Part shown: positions 37,285-45,588 of the stretch, piece by piece
Layout: every line of letters begins with the position of its first letter
Position numbering within the stretch: the stretch's first letter is position 1
NCBI GenBank assembly: GCA_034530615.2
Contig: JAVRCV020000032.1
Span: 144,488 to 208,487, forward strand
Reading direction: 5' to 3'
Length of the DNA: 64,000 nucleotides
Origin: Aulosira sp. ZfuVER01
GTDB lineage: Bacteria > Cyanobacteriota > Cyanobacteriia > Cyanobacteriales > Nostocaceae
The notes under the pieces: generated by a model
Seen by the model: the letters and a program-made list of their open reading frames with translations, nothing else
What the model was told of the DNA's origin: nothing
Database searches by the model: none
Translations under genes and position numbers: made by a program

Positions 37285-37821
37285 TTACTCATTCTCGGTT
37301 AGGCGTTGTGCATTCCAAAACTGTTCGGCAAATGCAACCGCTGGGTGGATTGGCGCTTTAGGCTTGGTTTTGAGTACCATTCCTGCTTCATGTAGAAGGC
37401 GATCGCTCTTAGTTGAGTTGCACTTGTCACACGCTGTTACAACGTTGTCCCAGGTATGCTGTCCACCTTTGGAACGCGGAATCACGTGGTCGAGGGTGAG
37501 ACGTTTTGTGCTACCGCAGTATTGGCAGGTATGGTTATCGCGCTTGAGTACTTCACGACGGTTGACAGGCGGTACTTTCCAATGACGTTCGGGATTGCCA
37601 ACAGTTAGACGGATGTGTTCGGGAACTTGTAGTACGATGCTGGGAGAGCGAACTTCCCAAAGCTTGGTGCTGCCGAACTCCAACGACTCTGCTTGACCTG
37701 TAACTAACAGCACAACAGCTCGTTTAATGTTGATGCGTGCTAATGGTAGGTAGTTTTTGGAGAACACTACCACCGAATTTTGTAATATCTGTGGTTCCTG
37801 AGTTTGTGGTTGAGCTTGCAT
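37285..37821 (-). CDS. HNH endonuclease (tRNA-array associated)
   Basis: RDNHTCQYCG...LTLDHVIPRSKGG...NVVTACDKCNSTK; GAGGAG ribosome-binding site. Confidence 0.92.
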   Translation of the reverse strand: MQAQPQTQEPQILQNSVVVFSKNYLPLARINIKRAVVLLVTGQAESLEFGSTKLWEVRSPSIVLQVPEHIRLTVGNPERHWKVPPVNRREVLKRDNHTCQYCGSTKRLTLDHVIPRSKGGQHTWDNVVTACDKCNSTKSDRLLHEAGMVLKTKPKAPIHPAVAFAEQFWNAQRLTENE

Positions 37822-37838
37822 ACCTTAATTCACTCCTC

Positions 37839-37878
37839 AAAAAACAACCCCCACCTCTGATTACCAGAAGCGGGGGTT
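37839..37878 (-). terminator. Intrinsic terminator/attenuator immediately before the HNH ribosome-binding site
   Basis: 14-bp stem AACCCCCGCTTCTG-GTAAT-CAGAGGTGGGGGTT followed by GTTTTTT and GAGGAG. Confidence 0.75.
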
Positions 37879-37899
37879 AAGTAGTTGATACTTCTTGCC

Positions 37900-38118
37900 T
37901 TATATCGGTGCTAGAGAACACTTGCACCTCCCGCTGTGGATAAGTCGATCTGGATTCAGCCATCCACCAATTGCTCCAAAAATGTCAACAATTGCAGATT
38001 TACCACTGTGAAACTGATATGTCTCCTCAAATGCCAATAGCACAATTGCACTGCCCGAACCCTTGCTGGGTCGGCAATGTATCGCACTGCGTAAGGTTGA
38101 GGAAAATCTGAGTCTCAT
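37900..38118 (-). CDS. Putative leader peptide (72 aa) upstream of the HNH gene
   Basis: Lies between the predicted promoter and the attenuator; its stop codon is 21 nt before the terminator stem. Confidence 0.45.
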   Translation of the reverse strand: MRLRFSSTLRSAIHCRPSKGSGSAIVLLAFEETYQFHSGKSAIVDIFGAIGGWLNPDRLIHSGRCKCSLAPI

Positions 38119-38125
38119 CGAATTT

Positions 38126-38180
38126 TGTAGTATTTGTAATCGGATAAATTAATAATACAGTTGTAGTATATATTTGTCTA
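38126..38180 (-). promoter_or_regulatory. Promoter of the leader-HNH unit with two ATACTACA boxes
   Basis: TAGACA (38180-38175), 17-nt spacer, TATTAT (38157-38152); boxes at 38162-38169 and 38126-38133. Confidence 0.7.
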
Positions 38181-38323
38181 TTTTTCAATAGTGCTTTAGC
38201 TAAACGCTTCCATAGCATTGGAGCGATTGCCCGTTTGAGAAGATGGAGAAATTGTCGAGGCGATCGCATCTCCCAAGCTTCTGCTTACACAGGTGCGTCT
38301 TGATTGGAGGCTCACATTATTAC

Positions 38324-39922
38324 TTAATGACCAATAGGTGCTTTGGCTCCAGCGCCTCCCTTACCAAGAAACAGCAGTAATGGTAGTGAGCAGAGAAAAA
38401 TAATGCCAACAAAGCGAAAAATGTCTGCGTAGGAGAGAACGGCAGCTTGGGTACTGACCAATTGGGAGAGCGAAGCGATAGCTTGTTGTTGTGCAGTTGT
38501 TGGATCGGCACCGCGACTTTGGAATAGTCCTGTCAGATCGTTAAGCCTCTGACTCGTTTCTGGATCGTAAGGCGTTAACTTTGCCAACAAAATTGCTCGA
38601 TGAAAAGCCTCTCGTTGAGCCAGTAAAGTCGTCAAAATGGCAATGCCAATGCTACCGCCCAATTGACGGGTTAAATTATAGAAGCCAGATCCAGCCGATA
38701 CGTCTTGTTTGGGGATAGAACCTAATGTTGCCAAACTTAAAGGCAGAAACATCAAAACCGTGGTTGCACCCCGCCAGACCAGCGGCCAAAATAAGTCATC
38801 AGTTCCGGTTTGGGGCGTAATTTTTGCCAGATCAAACATGACTGTTGTGGTGCCAACGGCTCCTAGCCCAATTAAAATCCGCGCATCTATCTTAGTCGAG
38901 ATTTTGCCCAGTAAAACCATCATGATGGCGGATGCTAAGGCTCCCGGAGCAAGTAACCATCCAGTTTGTGTGGCTGAAAAGCCCAGCACACCTTGAGCAA
39001 ATAGCGGTACGGCAAACAAAGCTCCGTATAGTCCCATGCCTAAAATACCAGAGTAAACGCTACCGGCGGACAGAGATTTATAACGCAGAACTCGTAAGTC
39101 AACTGCTGGTGCTTTCGTGCTGAGTTCTCGCCAGATAAACAGAATTAGGCTAATAGCTGCCATGAGGGCTAGTGTTGTAATGAAACCCGATTCAAACCAG
39201 CCGTCTTTTTCTCCTTCTTCCAAAAAACCCTGCAAACTACCCACCGTAATACACAGCAATATAATTCCTGCCCAGTCTACTGTCTTCTGACTCTGGGAGT
39301 GTTGCTTTACATCGGGTCTAAGGAACACAAGCGCCATAATTACGGCGACAATGCCAACAGGCAAGTTAATAAAGAAGATCCAGCGCCAGCCTAATGTATC
39401 AGTTAGATAGCCGCCCAGAGTCGGGCCAATCGCCGGACCCGCAATTACTCCTACCCCAAACACCGACTGTGCCATCCCCTGTTCGGCTGGGGGAAAGGTC
39501 TCGAACAAAATCGCTTGCCCTTTGGCTAGTAGTCCACCGCCGCATAAGCCCTGAATAATCCGAGCCACCACCAGCATCGGTAGGTTAATCGCTAGACCAC
39601 ATAACACCGAAGCAGCTGTGAACCCGATCAGAGAAAAGACAAAGTAGGTTTTTTTACCGAAAAAGTCGCCCAACCAAGCAGAAAGCGGAATCAGGACAAC
39701 GTTAGCGATCGCATAACCGGTGACCACCCAACCAATCTCGGTCACAGTTGCCCCTAAAGTTGCCTGCATATCCGTCAAAGCAACGTTCACAATGCTGGTA
39801 TCAATAACTTCAAGAATGGCTCCTAAAGCAGCTGTCATCGCGATCGCCCATTTGAGCGGTCCTTGGATGTACCCGGCCTTGTCATAGGTAGATTGTGACG
39901 AGGGATGATTAGTAGTTGACAT
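38324..39922 (-). CDS. DHA2 family MFS efflux permease (EmrB-like)
   Basis: LEVIDTSIVNVAL, WVVTGY, GPTLGGYLTDTLGWRWIFFINLPVG and RQLGGSIG motifs. Confidence 0.93.
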   Translation of the reverse strand: MSTTNHPSSQSTYDKAGYIQGPLKWAIAMTAALGAILEVIDTSIVNVALTDMQATLGATVTEIGWVVTGYAIANVVLIPLSAWLGDFFGKKTYFVFSLIGFTAASVLCGLAINLPMLVVARIIQGLCGGGLLAKGQAILFETFPPAEQGMAQSVFGVGVIAGPAIGPTLGGYLTDTLGWRWIFFINLPVGIVAVIMALVFLRPDVKQHSQSQKTVDWAGIILLCITVGSLQGFLEEGEKDGWFESGFITTLALMAAISLILFIWRELSTKAPAVDLRVLRYKSLSAGSVYSGILGMGLYGALFAVPLFAQGVLGFSATQTGWLLAPGALASAIMMVLLGKISTKIDARILIGLGAVGTTTVMFDLAKITPQTGTDDLFWPLVWRGATTVLMFLPLSLATLGSIPKQDVSAGSGFYNLTRQLGGSIGIAILTTLLAQREAFHRAILLAKLTPYDPETSQRLNDLTGLFQSRGADPTTAQQQAIASLSQLVSTQAAVLSYADIFRFVGIIFLCSLPLLLFLGKGGAGAKAPIGH

Positions 39923-39957
39923 CGTAAATTTAGAATACTTCTCAAGAAATAACGGGA

Positions 39958-41403
39958 TTAATGACCCATCTGGGTTGATGCAGACTTTACCCCTGTGGTC
40001 GTATCGACTGTGACCTTAACGCTTAATCCTGGTCTAAGCTTATGTTGCAAGTCGGTGTCGGGGTCAAACACAAGTCGAACCGGAACCCATTGCACAACTT
40101 TGTTGAAGTTGCCGGTGGCATTATCAGGTGGAATCAGAGCAAAACTGGAACCGGTAGCTGGACTAATACCGGCAATCGCGGCGGAGAAAGTTTCACCAGG
40201 ATAAGCATCAACTTCAATCTCAGCTTTCTCACCAATTCGCAACTTGCCTAATGCCGTTTCTCGAAAGTTGGCATCCACATAAACCTCATCAGTTGCTAGC
40301 GGTACCACGGATAACAAAGGCTGTGCAGCTTGGATTTTTTGACCTACCTGAGCAGTCAGTTGTCCTACATAGCCATTAATCGGTGCTTTGATCGTCGTGT
40401 AGGTTATTTGCTTGCGGGCAAGTTCCAGTGCCGCTTGTGCCTGTTCGACTTGCGCCTGCGCCTGCTGCTGCTGGTCTTTTTGCGTAGCGATCGTTTGTCC
40501 AGAAACTTTTGTTTCGGTAACTTGGCCTCTAGCCGCTTCAACCTCTGCTCTTGCAGTTTGCAGTTGCGCCTGAGCGTTTCTCACCTCTGCTTCGGACTGA
40601 GCCACGGTTTTATTCGCCCCTCTCAGTTGTGCGATCGCATTCTCATAGGTAGCCCGTGCAGTATCTAACTGTTGTGCGGAAATTGCCCCTTCTTTGTAAA
40701 GCAATTGATAGCGACGGAAATCAGCTTGTGTCTTGCGAACAGCAGTTTGTGCCTGCGCTACGTCAGCTTGATTGGTTTCAACTTTTGCTAGAGCTTGATT
40801 CACATTCGCCTGCGCTGCCCTCACACTAGCTTCTTTTGCTGCCAGATTAGACTGGGCTTGTTGCACTAGTGTGGGATTCGTCTGGCTGGTAACACTCACA
40901 GTATCTTTAGCCGCTCTCAACTGAGCTTGAGATGCTGCCAGATTTGCTTGTGCTTGTTGCAATTTCAGCTGCAAATCCTCGTCTTCTAGAACCAGCAAAG
41001 TTTGCCCCGCTTGGACGCGATCGCCATCATTGACCAACACTTTTTGTACTGTTGCCGGAACTTTGGCAGAGATTGGGGAGAGATGCCCTTTGATCTGGGC
41101 ATTGTCAGTAGAAACACGAGTGCTTTGAAATTGCCACCACTGTAATCCAAAAATAGAACTAGTCCCTATGACAATCGCGCCAATTACAAGCAGCAATCCC
41201 CGACGTTTCTTCTTCGTGCCTGTTTTTGGTTGTGGTGTTTCGTTTTCTCGATCGTCAAGGTCATTTTTTGGCTGTGTATCAACTGTTTTGGTGTAACCAT
41301 TTAGTGGCTCGTCTTGATGTTCCGACTCTTCCAAATTGCTCAAATCCTGAATCTCAATAACATCTGGTTCGGTGGTCTGACTCTCTATTTGAGGTCGCTT
41401 CAT
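39958..41403 (-). CDS. HlyD/EmrA family efflux periplasmic adaptor
   Basis: STDNAQI, a coiled coil, ANFRET and PPDNATGNFNKVVQWVPV motifs. Confidence 0.92.
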   Translation of the reverse strand: MKRPQIESQTTEPDVIEIQDLSNLEESEHQDEPLNGYTKTVDTQPKNDLDDRENETPQPKTGTKKKRRGLLLVIGAIVIGTSSIFGLQWWQFQSTRVSTDNAQIKGHLSPISAKVPATVQKVLVNDGDRVQAGQTLLVLEDEDLQLKLQQAQANLAASQAQLRAAKDTVSVTSQTNPTLVQQAQSNLAAKEASVRAAQANVNQALAKVETNQADVAQAQTAVRKTQADFRRYQLLYKEGAISAQQLDTARATYENAIAQLRGANKTVAQSEAEVRNAQAQLQTARAEVEAARGQVTETKVSGQTIATQKDQQQQAQAQVEQAQAALELARKQITYTTIKAPINGYVGQLTAQVGQKIQAAQPLLSVVPLATDEVYVDANFRETALGKLRIGEKAEIEVDAYPGETFSAAIAGISPATGSSFALIPPDNATGNFNKVVQWVPVRLVFDPDTDLQHKLRPGLSVKVTVDTTTGVKSASTQMGH

Positions 41404-41449
41404 TTGTGTCTCTACTTCTATAAAATTGCAACTGGTGAGAGTGCTTCAA

Positions 41450-42100
41450 TCAATTTTCAGGAACATATCCAAGAGACGAAATCTGACTGACAGAGGACTT
41501 GGCTGTGCTAACCCCCCGCACAAATAAATCCACACATCCTTCCATGTATCTTTTACGGCTATAGCCCCGCTCAAGCAGGGAAACATGGCGGCGAATCATT
41601 CCAGCCAGTAGCATTCCCGTCAATTGATCCACTGCCATCGGCAATTCAACATCAGGACGAATAATGCCCCGTTCCACACAGGTTTGCAGATAGGAAATTA
41701 GTTTTTGACGTAGCGGTAAAAATGATTGCTGAAGTACCTCTATTGCTTCTGTCGGATGCCGTTGAGCTTCCCCAATAAACATCCGAAATAAGGCTTCATA
41801 TTCCTCCAGCATCTCGTCGTGGAGCTGTGCATAATGTAGAAGGTCGCGGCGGAGGTCATACGTCCACTCATCTGGATGGGTGAATGCTTCTGTTCGCAGT
41901 GCTGTAATATGCTGTGCAACCGCACTCAGAAGCTGCTCTTTGCTTTGAAAGTGGCGAAATAAAGTAACTTCAGTCACATCTGCAACGCGAGCAATTTCCC
42001 GGGTTGACGCTCCAACGTAACCTTTGGTGGAAAATACTTCAATTGCAGCTTTTAACAGGCGATCGCGGGTTTTTGTTGCGCCTCTACTTGTTTGACTCAT
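41450..42100 (-). CDS. TetR/AcrR family transcriptional regulator
   Basis: HTH: ASTREIARVADVTEVTLFRHFQSKEQL; ATG at 42100 chosen. Confidence 0.92.
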   Translation of the reverse strand: MSQTSRGATKTRDRLLKAAIEVFSTKGYVGASTREIARVADVTEVTLFRHFQSKEQLLSAVAQHITALRTEAFTHPDEWTYDLRRDLLHYAQLHDEMLEEYEALFRMFIGEAQRHPTEAIEVLQQSFLPLRQKLISYLQTCVERGIIRPDVELPMAVDQLTGMLLAGMIRRHVSLLERGYSRKRYMEGCVDLFVRGVSTAKSSVSQISSLGYVPEN

Positions 42101-42108
42101 AGCAATTA

Positions 42109-42128
42109 ATGTAAGCACTTACTTACAT
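42109..42128. promoter_or_regulatory. Palindromic TetR operator candidate
   Basis: ATGTAAG-cactta-CTTACAT just upstream of the tetR start. Confidence 0.65.
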
Positions 42129-42373
42129 ATTGTAGATGAACGAGCTATGATGGCTTGAGTACAAAGACGGATTTTTTTAATGCGTGCGGTTTTGCATCTA
42201 GTGGTAGTGTTACGGAATCTGCAATTTATAAACTAAACGGTTTAGTTTGTACACTGAAGTTTGCAAATCCAGTTTCGCTAAGTCCGCAACAAATCTACTA
42301 AAACCCTGATGATTGCGTTATACAACTGTTAGCCAAAGAAGAAATAAAATGGCGTGACTATGGGCATTAATAA

Positions 42374-43660
42374 CTATTGACTGTCCGGAAGAGTCTCAAG
42401 TAAGCTACCTGCAAATGCGATCGCCTCTTGTGGCGTTGAGATTTTTCCTTCAGCTTGCGCTATGGCAATTTCGGTAAGTAGTTTGCCAATCAATGGTGAA
42501 GGTGGGACTTTTAATGCTATAATGATTTCCTTCCCACTCACGATTGGAGCGGGATGAGCGACCAGATCATCAGGGTTCAGGTAGCGGCCGATCAAAGGTG
42601 CGTAAACACTAAGTTGTTTATCGCCAGGCATCGCCCCTACCAGATTATCGCAAGCTAAGGCAAACGCTACAGCAGTACTAAATCCAGTGCCTGCTTCCTG
42701 AAAGAGAAAATATTGTTCTCTCAAAGACATATTGGCTAGTTTTAGCCGGGGGATCAGTCTTAAAACTGTAGTTACAGATTGGATTTCAGCACGGCTGTAG
42801 GTGAGTTGCATTAGCTCTATTTCCGCAGCTTCGGGATCGGGGTGGACGAGACAAGTAAGTTTAGCAATACCTAAGCGAGTCGTTTTGATGGTATCGCGGA
42901 TGTAATCTCGCAGTTCCACCCCCAAAGGCTGCCAATTTTTGGCGATGAAGGCGGCGGCGGTATCAACTGCTGCTAGTTTTTGAAAGCTTTCATCTGTGGC
43001 ATTTTTCCAGAAAGGTGCAAGTACACCATCTTTCCACGCAGCTGCGATCGCAGGTGTACCTTCAGGAATTGCCAACAAATAGCCAATTTCTACTCGGACT
43101 CGTTCTGCGGCTACTTTTATGATGTGTGATGCTAAAGAACGAATCGTTTCTTGGGTAGCTGGCTCAATCGTCAAACCAAGTTGGGCGGATTGGCGATAAG
43201 CTCGCAATAATCGTAAAGGATCGTCTTCTAAGTTGGCAGGTGATACCATGCGCAACACACCCTGTTGTAAGTCAGATAAGCCTTGCAGGGGATCGATGAT
43301 TTCTTGGGTATAGGGATCGTAAGCGATCGCATTGACTGTAAAATCCCGTCTGTGCAAATCGGTTTCTAAACTGGCTCCTTCCTGTTGAGCAATGTCAACT
43401 GTAGCGTTGGGAAAGACTACCCGCGCAATTTGCCTTTCGGGATCGAGTAATACAAAACCTGCTTGATAATGTTGAGCGATCGCACGTGCTACTTTGACTG
43501 CATCCGTGGGGATGACAAAATCTAAATCTAGGTATTCACGACTTCTACCTAAAAGCGCATCTCGGACTGCACCACCTACCATGTATGCAGGTTGTGGCAA
43601 TAATGCCAGACTAAAGGGCCAAGTTTCGGGAGCTAAGGTAGAAGAAACTGAAGGATGCAT
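42374..43660 (-). CDS. tRNA nucleotidyltransferase (class II; probably the cyanobacterial CC-adding type)
   Basis: VGGAVRD, DLDF, DLHRRDFTVNAIA, DDPLRLLRAYR and ERV motifs; lacks DHH/CBS domains. Confidence 0.88.
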   Translation of the reverse strand: MHPSVSSTLAPETWPFSLALLPQPAYMVGGAVRDALLGRSREYLDLDFVIPTDAVKVARAIAQHYQAGFVLLDPERQIARVVFPNATVDIAQQEGASLETDLHRRDFTVNAIAYDPYTQEIIDPLQGLSDLQQGVLRMVSPANLEDDPLRLLRAYRQSAQLGLTIEPATQETIRSLASHIIKVAAERVRVEIGYLLAIPEGTPAIAAAWKDGVLAPFWKNATDESFQKLAAVDTAAAFIAKNWQPLGVELRDYIRDTIKTTRLGIAKLTCLVHPDPEAAEIELMQLTYSRAEIQSVTTVLRLIPRLKLANMSLREQYFLFQEAGTGFSTAVAFALACDNLVGAMPGDKQLSVYAPLIGRYLNPDDLVAHPAPIVSGKEIIIALKVPPSPLIGKLLTEIAIAQAEGKISTPQEAIAFAGSLLETLPDSQ

Positions 43661-43746
43661 TGTAATAAAAATCAACCCAGCAACTAATGAATATAAGTTT
43701 GCCTTAAGCTAGATTAACAATAAAGGTTCCTGGAGTTGGTTCTATT

Positions 43747-43995
43747 ATGTGTATTTGCGTGAACTGCCACTATGTAGACCGCTGTTTAACCTATAACGCC
43801 GTAGAAACGCAGCATCAACAGCCCCATTTGACTGAAACGCCTGATTTTGACCCGAATGAACCTTCAATCAATGTTAACATCCGCACTAAAGGAGAAATCA
43901 TTGAGATGGAATGGGATGTAGTCGGTTGTCTCAGCTTTAAGCGAGAAACTGGTAAGTGGGCGAAGTTGCGTCCAGGTGAATTAGTGCCAACCTGA
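43747..43995 (+). CDS. ycf34: Ycf34 family protein
   Basis: MCICVNCHYVDRC...EWDVVGC motif. Confidence 0.92.
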   Translation: MCICVNCHYVDRCLTYNAVETQHQQPHLTETPDFDPNEPSINVNIRTKGEIIEMEWDVVGCLSFKRETGKWAKLRPGELVPT

Positions 43996-44182
43996 GATTA
44001 TGAGTTATGAGTTTTGCAAGGCGGGTGATTTGGAAAAACAAGATACCCGACTTCTTTGAAAAGTCGGGTATGTAACTTTTGTCATTCTCACAAATCAGAT
44101 AAGATTGCTACATTCATAAGTTATTGACTTTTAAATACTTTTGTTTCTAAAGTTAGAAAGCTCATAAATATTTGAATTAATT

Positions 44183-44839
44183 TTGACTACTGAACTTCAA
44201 AATCTTGCAGTTACACAATATAGTTTGGCACTGCACACTACAACGCCTGAATTAGGTTTGGCAATTAATAACTTTGCAGGTGACTCTCGCGCTCAGGTAT
44301 GGAATTTAGGGCGCGATCTGTCTAGTCTAGTACATCAATACTTAATTGAATTTATCCAGCCACAAACGTGGTCAGATATAGCATTTCTGGCGGTAGCCAA
44401 AGGGCCTGGTGGCTTTACAGGAACGAGGATTGGCGTTGTTCTAGCTAGGACTTTAGGACAACAATTAGAGATTCCTGTATTTGCGATTTCCACTTTAGCC
44501 GCAGTGGCTTGGTCAGAAATAGGCAAAGGCCAAAAGACAGATGCGATCGCTATCCAAATGCCAGCTCAACGAGGTCAAGTTTTTGGTGCGATTTATCAAC
44601 CTAGCCTTGATAATTTAGGACTCACAGCTTTATTACCAGATACTGTATTGACGCCAGAAGCATGGCAGGAAACTCTAGCAACTTGGCAGACAACTTACCA
44701 ACTAATTGAAGCAAAATCTGCATTAGCGGCGACGGTAACAAGTATTTTGGAACTAGCTTATTTAGATTGGCAACAAGGCAAGCGTCCTCATTGGTCTGAG
44801 GCTTTACCTTATTATGGGCAGCATCCAGTAGAAGTTTGA
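44183..44839 (+). CDS. tsaB: tRNA threonylcarbamoyladenosine biosynthesis protein TsaB
   Basis: LALHTTT, VAKGPGGFTGTRIG and MPAQRG motifs. Confidence 0.9.
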   Translation: MTTELQNLAVTQYSLALHTTTPELGLAINNFAGDSRAQVWNLGRDLSSLVHQYLIEFIQPQTWSDIAFLAVAKGPGGFTGTRIGVVLARTLGQQLEIPVFAISTLAAVAWSEIGKGQKTDAIAIQMPAQRGQVFGAIYQPSLDNLGLTALLPDTVLTPEAWQETLATWQTTYQLIEAKSALAATVTSILELAYLDWQQGKRPHWSEALPYYGQHPVEV

Positions 44840-45588
44840 TCGGTAATTAGATATCAGAACACCAAGAACGAACGCGATCGCACACAACTTTTCAACTGGA
44901 CACATCTCACCCCAATTAAAAAAAAGAATGCGACAGATGGGTTTGCAACAAGCCAGATACAGAGAGCAATTTTCAATCCAAAATCCAAAATCTAAAATCT
45001 AAAATCCAAAGTCGTCTCACCTCACGCCGGATGAATCTGAATAACCACTTGGGTAGTTTTGATCCTGTGGTAATTGACATTGAGCTACTATAGCCACAGT
45101 TAAGCCTAACGACATAATCAAAACACAATTTATGAAAAACTCTATATTAAAAAATTGGTGCAAAAACCACTTCATGTAAGTCATCATTGTTTTTGCCTTC
45201 AGTATTGCACTGGCAAAATAACTAAAAAAATTCTTATAAAATATCCATTAATACAATTCAGTTCATGAATTTCTCTATTTCAAGCTCCCTATTTAAAAAT
45301 ATCCCCAAGCACCATTGATAATCAAAGGCTAAAAAGGCTGATCTGAATTGTATTTACTTATGTTGTGGTAATGCACCCAAAAGAGTATTTTTAAAATCGG
45401 TAATCTAGTCAGTTTAAATACTAGATATTTTAGGTTTTCGTAACATCTGTCATTAGGTATATTATTGATAAATAACACATTGATTTTTTAGCCAAAAATA
45501 TCAAATATTTCAATATAATAAAATATAAAAATATTTATCATATTGATGATTTTGAATTGATAATCCATTGACTGTAATAAAAATCCGC

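Noticed and set aside
37285..37821. HNH as an IscB/Cas9-like RNA-guided nuclease
   Set aside because: Only 178 aa, with no RuvC motifs or PLMP N-terminus visible
33400..38300. Prophage or integrative element carrying the tRNA array
   Set aside because: No integrase, structural phage genes or att-like direct repeats were seen in the window
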